Of a DNA stretch of 64,000 nt, positions 57,217 through 64,000 are shown piece by piece. The position numbers and the translations under genes are program-made. Numbering within the stretch: the first letter of the stretch is position 1; every line of letters begins with the position of its first letter. The notes beneath the pieces are model-generated. The model had not been told where the DNA came from. It ran no database searches and was given only the letters and a program-made list of their open reading frames with translations. This DNA is from Yuukianura sp. NJ FZ-2021 (Eukaryota), in assembly GCA_046563655.1 (NCBI GenBank), contig CM102289.1:2728001-2792000 (forward strand). Reading direction: 5' to 3'.

Positions 57217-60060
57217 CTACTCTTCTTCGTCTACCTCAATTCGGCGTTCGAGTTCTTTGTGTTGGGCTTCCAGAAAATGGTCCTTAAGTTTCATTTTTAG
57301 TGCCGTCGGATTGGTAAGACGTCGGACATCTTCTTTCGTCTCCATCCACTTACGGAAACCACTTGCTTTGAAGGATTGAGGATGAATTTTTCGGTTTAGG
57401 TTTGCGACGTGAGTTTTCTTTCTAGTTGTTGTGCTTGATTGTGTAGACTGGACTTCATTGAAGTAATTCTTAAAGTAATTTGGACAGTTTTCTGAAACGA
57501 TAGTCGAAACTAACCATGTAGTACGGAAATCAGCTAGGTGTTTGGGAAAAAGCCATTTCAATTCGGACGTAATCTGCGTTTTCACCGGATCATATTTCTT
57601 TACGTTGAGTACGAATCTTCCCGCAGAACGAATAACTTTTTCCACAGTTTTGAGGTTTTGCTTGTTTGCTTTTCCCCAGATCTCGCACATATATGTAACG
57701 TAAGCTTCCATCATAGTTTTCCGGTTTTTCATATTAAGAAATCTTTGTAGAGGATAGAGTGAAGCTATGACACTGCGTGTTTTCTTAGAAATTGATGTAA
57801 TGTGAGCGTCCCATTTCATTGAATTGTCAATGATTAATCCTAAGCTGGTAATTTCTTTACTTGACTGAACATTTTCTCCGCAAATTAGAAAGTTCATTTC
57901 GCCGACACTTTTTAGGATACTGGGTTTGGCGCATAATAGAATTGCACTTTTTGTTGGGTTAATGATCAACTGATTTTCACTCATCCACTTAACGACAAAT
58001 TCCACACTTTCTTCTACTTCTTGTTTAAATTGTTGAAGGGTGCTTGGGTCACCTGTAACGACCATAGTGTTGTCGTCAGCAAACATGATGAGGAGATTTT
58101 TGCTAAATTTTTGGAATTGCAGTAGGAGATCATTGACCATGATGGTGAAAAGTAGAGGTGAAAGTATTCCGCCTTGTGGAGTTCCAAGTTTAATTTCTAT
58201 GTTTGCGGATTTTTCCCCGCCCAATGAGACGAATTGTTTCCGTGAAGATAGATAAGAGGAAAACCATTTGCGTTCGATTTCGTACCATGACAGCTTTTCA
58301 AGTAAAATCTTCTGGTTGACCGTATCGAAAGCTTTGGATAAATCTAGTGTTATGACGGCGCAGACTTTGTTTTTATGAAAGCCATCGTATAAGGCATCGG
58401 TTACTGCGAGTTGGGCGTGAACTGTTGAACTTCCTTTGATAAACCCGAATTGATTTTCGTGTATTACATTATTATGTTCCAAATGTTTCAGCAGTTGAGA
58501 TTTTGCGCTCTTTTCAATGATTTTAGAAAGTACAGGAAGAATTGATATGGGTCTGTAATCCTTTAGACCACAGGACTTCCGGCATTTGGGAATTGGAATA
58601 ATTTGCGCTTGCTTAAGAGAGTCTGGAACCACTGACGATTTGAAACTTTCGTTGATTATGTCTGTCACACTGTTGAGTATGTTAGGGGCCCGTAAAGTTA
58701 GTTCAATCATGTATGCGCATAGTCCAGTAGTGTCGGTTGTAGTTGAATTCTTTTTTTTCATATTGTTCCATGATGTAGCGACCTCTCGTGTTGTGACGTT
58801 TTTAAATTGAAACTTTTCCTTAATTGTTGGCAGACATTCGGGTTTATTTGGAGTTGGCGAGTCGTTAGGCCAGTTTGTAGGGAGGGATGCAAAAAAGTTG
58901 TTCAATTGGTCTGCATTAATTTTGGTTTCGTTTTGTTGTAGTTGCTTCTGGTTAACTTGGCAAAATTTGTTAACGGCTTTATGGATTCCGAAATGTTTTA
59001 TTTCGTTATTTAAATGATTTGTTGTGTCCGTTCTCACTGCGGAATTGACCAGCTTTTTGAAGGCCTTTAGCTTTTGGTTGTAGAATGGTTCCCCCAGCAT
59101 GTAGCGTTTGAAGTGGTCTCTCCTTTTCATCAGATCTCGGGTTGACTGGGTGAGCAAGCACTTATTTGGTCGTTCCCTGATTACAATTTTTCGAATTGGG
59201 GCATAAACATCAAAAATGTGTAATAATTTTGATGTAAGGAATTCTAGTTTCGAGTTGGCAGTACTGAGCGATGAAGTTTCTGGAATGTTGACGATAGAAC
59301 TCGCCAGTTGCTCGTAATTAATTTTCTTCAAATTACGAGAGAGAATAGTTGATCTCAGTTTCTGTGGCTTGCAACAGTGAATCTCAGCAAGAAGTAGGTC
59401 ATGGTCGGAAATGTTGCATTCAGTAACTTTGCAGGAAGCAATTGAAGTGGGTGAATTGGTCAGAAACAGATCAAGCATATTCACACCTCGAGTAGGTTCA
59501 TTGATTAGTTGTTTAAATGAATATATTTTTGCAATTCTTGACAGTTCTTTGTATTCCGAAACTGCTGGAAGGTTGAAATCACCAATTATGTAATGAGGAG
59601 AACCACCATTTTGAATATTTGCCATAAGGTTTTCAATTTTATTGAAATCATCATGTAGCACTTGGGTGAGTTTAGTGGGTGGGCGATAAGCACATGACAC
59701 TACAAAACTTTTGTTGAAGTTCACTTGTAGTTTTAATGTAATGGATTCTAGCGAATGATCTGTTGTAGAAGGGGATTTGGATTCACTTAGCACTTTAATA
59801 GTATTTTTAATTAAGATTCCAACGCCGCCACCACGTTTATGGATGCGATCATTTCTATAGAGAAGGAATCCTGGAGGTATGATTGCTTGGATACTTGCGT
59901 TTAGCCAGGTTTCACTTAGGCACAGAATGTCAATCTGATGTTCATCTAGAAGATTACAGATTTGGGGTAATTTATTTGAGAATGAGCGTATGTTGAGATG
60001 GCCTATTTTTAAGTGGAATTTGACTTTTACGTGTTTCTGTTGAGAAGTGTGCTGAGATAG
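57217..60060 (-). CDS. LINE ORF2 (APE endonuclease + RT), 947 codons open from the ORF1 stop, no AUG until codon 146
   Basis: Frame is open upstream of the track's GTG start: LSQHTSQQKHVKVKFHLKIGHLNIRS..IDILCLSETWL..RNDR..RGGGVGI; then YRPP, GDFN, SDH, DYRPIS, DLSKAFD, GTPQGG, FADD. Confidence 0.9.
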   Translation of the reverse strand, partial: LSQHTSQQKHVKVKFHLKIGHLNIRSFSNKLPQICNLLDEHQIDILCLSETWLNASIQAIIPPGFLLYRNDRIHKRGGGVGILIKNTIKVLSESKSPSTTDHSLESITLKLQVNFNKSFVVSCAYRPPTKLTQVLHDDFNKIENLMANIQNGGSPHYIIGDFNLPAVSEYKELSRIAKIYSFKQLINEPTRGVNMLDLFLTNSPTSIASCKVTECNISDHDLLLAEIHCCKPQKLRSTILSRNLKKINYEQLASSIVNIPETSSLSTANSKLEFLTSKLLHIFDVYAPIRKIVIRERPNKCLLTQSTRDLMKRRDHFKRYMLGEPFYNQKLKAFKKLVNSAVRTDTTNHLNNEIKHFGIHKAVNKFCQVNQKQLQQNETKINADQLNNFFASLPTNWPNDSPTPNKPECLPTIKEKFQFKNVTTREVATSWNNMKKKNSTTTDTTGLCAYMIELTLRAPNILNSVTDIINESFKSSVVPDSLKQAQIIPIPKCRKSCGLKDYRPISILPVLSKIIEKSAKSQLLKHLEHNNVIHENQFGFIKGSSTVHAQLAVTDALYDGFHKNKVCAVITLDLSKAFDTVNQKILLEKLSWYEIERKWFSSYLSSRKQFVSLGGEKSANIEIKLGTPQGGILSPLLFTIMVNDLLLQFQKFSKNLLIMFADDNTMVVTGDPSTLQQFKQEVEESVEFVVKWMSENQLIINPTKSAILLCAKPSILKSVGEMNFLICGENVQSSKEITSLGLIIDNSMKWDAHITSISKKTRSVIASLYPLQRFLNMKNRKTMMEAYVTYMCEIWGKANKQNLKTVEKVIRSAGRFVLNVKKYDPVKTQITSELKWLFPKHLADFRTTWLVSTIVSENCPNYFKNYFNEVQSTQSSTTTRKKTHVANLNRKIHPQSFKASGFRKWMETKEDVRRLTNPTALKMKLKDHFLEAQHKELERRIEVDEEE

Positions 60061-60906
60061 TCAGAATGACGAGGGCAGACTACTTGCACCCGGGTTTGCT
60101 TGTCGATTAGTCGGCCTCGGAGGGGAACGTAATGTTAAACTGCTTCGCGAGAAACCGGAAGTGCCATCGTAAGTTGTAGTTGGGACTGAAGCAGGAGTCG
60201 ATGTTCTTTGGGTAGGGTTGGTCATCGGTGGGATTGTTTCCGTAAGCTGTCTACGTGCGGCAATTTTCTTTCGCGTGGCTAGTGGTAAATCCTGTGTGAT
60301 ATTGATGTTTGGAATAATACTTTTGATAGTATTTTTGGCTTTCCATATGGCATTACGGGCTTCCAGTGATTTGAATGTCATCTTTATGGGCTTCGACGGA
60401 TTTTGTGTAGTCGGACGTCCTAGACGATAAAGATCATCGATTATTGGGTAAGTGAGCATTGGCACCGCTTGTGAGAAGATCCTTTCCATTTCTGCTTTAA
60501 CAGATTCCATTGTCTCATTGTTTGAATGTAGAAGACCGTGTATAATCAGGTTGCTTTTGTTGATAGTAATTTGGATTCTTTCCAGATCATCTTCATGCGT
60601 GTGGATTTGATTAACGAGCAATTTTTGTTGGTCTTCGGTAGCATAAACTCTGTCTTTAATATGCGATACTTCGGCACTCAGAGATTGGAATTGTTGAGTC
60701 AGTTCCGTATGATTCGCAGTAACAGTGTCGTTCAGGGTCGATACTTGGTCGGCGAGTTTGTTTACAGTTTGATTGAGGGTGTTTAAAGCTGCTAGGATGG
60801 ATGCTGATTCTGTTTCTCCCATTTTCAGTGACTTATTTGAAGGTGAATCTTCGTTTTTGGACTTCCGTTTCTTTCCACGAGTCTTCGGTTCGTCGACTGA
60901 GGTCAT
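60061..60906 (-). CDS. LINE ORF1 (coiled coil + RRM-like + CTD), 281 aa
   Basis: Basic N-terminus, heptad-rich LNTLNQTVNKLADQVSTLNDTV..., NLIIHGL, YRLGRP..KPIKMTF, INITQDLP. Confidence 0.88.
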   Translation of the reverse strand: MTSVDEPKTRGKKRKSKNEDSPSNKSLKMGETESASILAALNTLNQTVNKLADQVSTLNDTVTANHTELTQQFQSLSAEVSHIKDRVYATEDQQKLLVNQIHTHEDDLERIQITINKSNLIIHGLLHSNNETMESVKAEMERIFSQAVPMLTYPIIDDLYRLGRPTTQNPSKPIKMTFKSLEARNAIWKAKNTIKSIIPNINITQDLPLATRKKIAARRQLTETIPPMTNPTQRTSTPASVPTTTYDGTSGFSRSSLTLRSPPRPTNRQANPGASSLPSSF

Positions 60907-61530
60907 TAGTCGTCATCAATTGACTGGTTCTAGATATATACGAAATTGGGTGCCAGTATCTTTTTTTACTTCATAGATAACATGAGTTATAGCTCCTTCG
61001 GGCTCACATTTACTATAAGTAAGAAGGAACTTACTTCTGTTTGGTTTGTCAGCTGATTGTTCAGTTTCTGTTCTTTAGTAGCTCCAGCAATCCAGTTAGT
61101 TGTTGGATGGATCAAAGGCTCCAGCAATCCAATTAGTTGCCGGCCTCTGTGTCAGTCAGTGTTGTATCACTTCGATTGTATCACAAAAAAGCTACAATTT
61201 CTTAGAAAATGTGAAAGGTTGAAGTATGTGTCTTGACTCAAAATTGTCCAAAATTTTCTCTAGCTTTCCAAATTTTCGGCTCTAAATTTGCGTTCCCTGG
61301 AAAAATGGAGGCTCTTTTAGATGCATATTCTTACATGAACTATCATGCAATAGCCTTCCAACTTTTTTCATTTACCTCATGTACTTGCTGACCACTCGAA
61401 AGGAATTGGACTTTTATCGTCAAAGGTAAGTAAATATATTATACTTTATAATTATAAATATAAGTCCATTACTAGTATATTACATATTATATTAAATTAA
61501 ATAACATATTATACATATTAGGTATAAGTA

Positions 61531-63420
61531 AGGTTGATAGTAACCAAATGTATTGCTACAAGAGGTTGTTCCATACCTCCGGGGTTTATAAAAATTGAGT
61601 GCAAACCAAGGTAAATAGAATACTATAAGGTACGGTTGCTTAGAATTGTTTTTTCAAAACGTGGTTGCCACGTCAAAAATTTAAAAAAAATTAAAAGATG
61701 ACGTCATCCCGAGAGTAGGCGTGGCTTATTAACACTATTCCGATTGGCTTCTTATTTTAAAATTCTCAACTAATTGCTCAAATCGCCTAATCTTTGAAAA
61801 TAATTTTATTTTATACACAGAAATGCTAAATATAATTAGGCTATTGTTGTTTTGGTGCTGCTCTGAGGAAGTGGTTAGCTTTCTTAAAACTATATTTGCT
61901 CTTAGCGCTGATGTTGAGCTCCTTCAGACGAATCCGTTAGGCTAGGTAATCCGAACCCGGGAATGCACGAATGGCTCAACGATTCTTTTCTCAAAATCTG
62001 GAAATTCTTGAAGCACAGCGTCCACTCAGTTCTTGGTGACATTCGGGAGCATAATGCCATCCGACATTACCTTTAGGAACACATTCTCACATTTCAGAAC
62101 CACATTCGTAACGTAATCATTCGGAAGAAGGAGTCCTCCTCTTGAAAGCTGCATAATCCAGCTAGTTTCAGAATCTGGAAGTGCAAATGTTGAAGAAGGA
62201 ATGCCAAAAGTTCCGATTCCTTGTCTCTTCAACTTCCACGCTAGGTATCATTCGATTGATAGTAAACGTCTTCATCAGCAATTTACGTTTCAAATTGAGT
62301 AAACTCTGCTCAAGCTTATGGATTTTGAGTTCTAGAGATTAAAAAATATATATAATAGAACCAAAAAATCTCATATCATTTTAATTTCGTTGTCAGAATT
62401 CACCATTGTCCGGAGTCTTGGTTTGCGTACACGCATGCGCACAGAATACCCGGAATTCCACAAACGCAGCTGGTGACTCGACTTCCATTTCTTCTGGCGT
62501 AGGAGATTCACTTGTTTGTTGTTCTAGAAAATCCAAACCGATTGAACTCTCAAAATCTAATTAGTAAAAGAACACTGGAAAAGGAATGCAGTGCCTAATT
62601 GTATCTGTAACGTACTTGTATGGATTTCTTCTTCCAGCAATGTTTTTATGATTTGCGCATGCTCCTTCCGTTTCATTCGTGCGTCTCGTTCATTCGTAGT
62701 GTTGGTAGTTGGATTTGACTGGGGGACAGCGTCACGCTTCAGCTTCTTCCGGAGTGGAAGCCCCAGCAATTCGTGTTTCAAATCCCGTTCGTAATCGTCT
62801 TCGGCAAAGTGTGCTGAGCATACTCTGTGAGTCACTGGGCGAAATATTTGTCGGGACGTCTATGGCACTTTTCAATCCATCGACTGCGAACCATCTTCAC
62901 ATTTGGAAACTCGTGAAACACAATTCCAGATCCAGCACATGCTTCAGAATTGTTCGTACACGTTGGGAATGCGCAGTAGTTCGGCATAATGTGCCAAGAT
63001 AACTCCCCAAAGCGAAAACTCTCGAACTGTACTGACAACTGAACTTAAACTACTAACTGGGTTAACTAAATTGTAACGATTAACTTAAATATGAGCAATT
63101 AATCGGTCTAAACGTGAGGAATACAATGGAACTTAATTGGATTTCCTAGCCACGCCCCCTCTACCGCTCTCGGAATGACGTCACGTTTTTTTTCGTTGTT
63201 TATTTTTGAAAAATCGGTTTTGGTCGCTAGGGCACTTTTGCCGCTAGCTGAGTGCAAACAACTTTTTGCCCCAATTTTGCGCCAATTCCGCTACTACAAA
63301 TCATTACCATAGTAAGGCACGGTGAAGCAAGTTTTGCAAAGTATTTAACAAAATTAAAAAACGTCGAGTTAATGAATAACCTCTTGTAGCAATCAACAAT
63401 CTGCTTGTTTACCCACCTTG
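61531..63420 (-). mobile_element. Internally deleted P-element-superfamily (THAP9-like) transposon
   Basis: TSD ATAAGTA at 61524-61530 and 63421-63427; right end ..ACCTTG; subterminal IR ATTGCTACAAGAGGTT (61552-61567 / 63378-63393); frameshifted THAP from ATG 62987 (MPNYCAFPTC..FHEFP..W..C / VCSAHF..DLKHELLG..LKRDAVP); C-terminal SWIMQLSRGGLLLP; catalytic core absent. Confidence 0.8.
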
Positions 63421-64000
63421 ATAAGTACTGTACATAAGTAAATATTTACAATATAAATATTATTTTAATTCCTTAGCACATTGTGTATTGATGGCAACGT
63501 GACCACATACCGCCAACTGACTGTGCTCAACACTTTGTTCAACAGTTGGTTTGCACCCACCTACACACCTACCCTCGTCGGACTCCTGGCAGTCTTCTGG
63601 GTTCGCAGCATCTACATCGCTATCCGGGCAGCTTCGGTTTTGCCCCCAGGCGAATACTATGTGTATTTGACTATTCTAATTGGAAACAGCATAGTTTCGC
63701 TGGTGACTTGCTCAATGACAAGTGCGATCCAGCACAACGCTGAAACTCTCCTGCAACACTGGCATCGGTCAAAGCAACTCAAAACCCCTAAAGAACACCG
63801 TCTTCTGAAAAGTGTACATCCATTTGGAGTGCGCGTTGCACGCCTCTACGTCATTGGTCATGGAACGAAGGTCACGTTACTTCGATACGTCTTTGACGCT
63901 ACAGTGAACGTACTCGTGGGGATAGAGTGAGTCCAAGCTTCACAGTAAGCTTTAGTAGTAATAGCGGGTTAGCTAAATTGGCGTATATTAAACTAATACC

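Larger units (their letters stand above)
56875..61238 (-). mobile_element. Near-intact full-length APE-type LINE (CR1/L2 group) with (TGAAA)n tail
   Basis: ORF1 + ORF2; 3' end AATAAA followed by (TGAAA)3 at 56875-56895; 5' UTR has a 22-bp imperfect direct repeat (61081, 61118); 5' end approximate; no clear TSD. Confidence 0.92.
56332..63930 (+). pseudogene. Gustatory-receptor-like (7TM chemoreceptor) gene, frameshifted and split by a LINE and a P-like element
   Basis: Hydrophobic coding remnants at 56332-56700, 56768-56874 (FIEIWKFLKQFLMLFVVAIVVAHFISIAAI) and ~61243-61425 (donor AAG|GTAAG); terminal exon 63477-63930 YRQLTVLNTLFN..IYIAIR..KSVHPFGVRV..YVI...T...FDATVNVL; frameshifts in T runs. 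Confidence 0.6.

Noticed and set aside
61528..63421. THAP element as Kolobok with TTAA target
   Set aside because: Flanks are GTAA/TTGA rather than TTAA, while an exact ATAAGTA duplication and a P-type C-terminal motif fit the P superfamily.
1..64000. tRNA, rRNA, snoRNA or ribozyme genes, and prokaryotic operon interpretation of GTG/TTG-start ORFs
   Set aside because: No cloverleaf, rRNA or convincing C/D-box or HDV-like structure was seen by eye (Infernal/tRNAscan would be needed). The genes are spliced, so track start codons are often just exon-internal codons.

Overview
Eukaryotic, AT-rich, gene-dense DNA with short GT-AG introns (mostly 60-200 bp). It is most likely from an arthropod. 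The F-box/LRR genes, gustatory-receptor-like 7TM gene, divergent lipocalin and TTAGG motifs resemble springtail (Collembola) gene families, but this taxonomy is inference only. Host genes, with splice models built by hand: the 3' end of a calpain, three F-box/LRR genes, a divergent actin-related gene plus a pseudogene copy, two copies of a secreted beta/gamma-crystallin-domain gene (one disrupted), a small secreted 12-Cys protein, a ~1228-aa secreted low-complexity protein, an IFI6/IFI27-like gene, two tandem alpha-carbonic anhydrases, a VIT-vWA (ITIH-like) gene, a latrophilin-like adhesion GPCR, a GNAT, a frameshifted CYP3-clan P450, a lipocalin-like gene, a secreted regucalcin and a GR-like pseudogene. 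Mobile DNA is abundant. Two items stand out. (1) An intact single-ORF restriction-like-endonuclease (CRE-type) retrotransposon whose N-terminus carries an ING-like PHD finger followed by an RFX-like winged helix; a second, 5'-truncated poly(A)/TSD-bounded copy of the family also lies in the window. (2) A near-intact APE-type LINE whose ORF1 and ORF2 are in the same frame, separated only by a TGA in the leaky TGA-CTA context, with no AUG before the endonuclease motifs, which suggests stop-codon readthrough. All family assignments come from motif recognition by eye; no searches were run.
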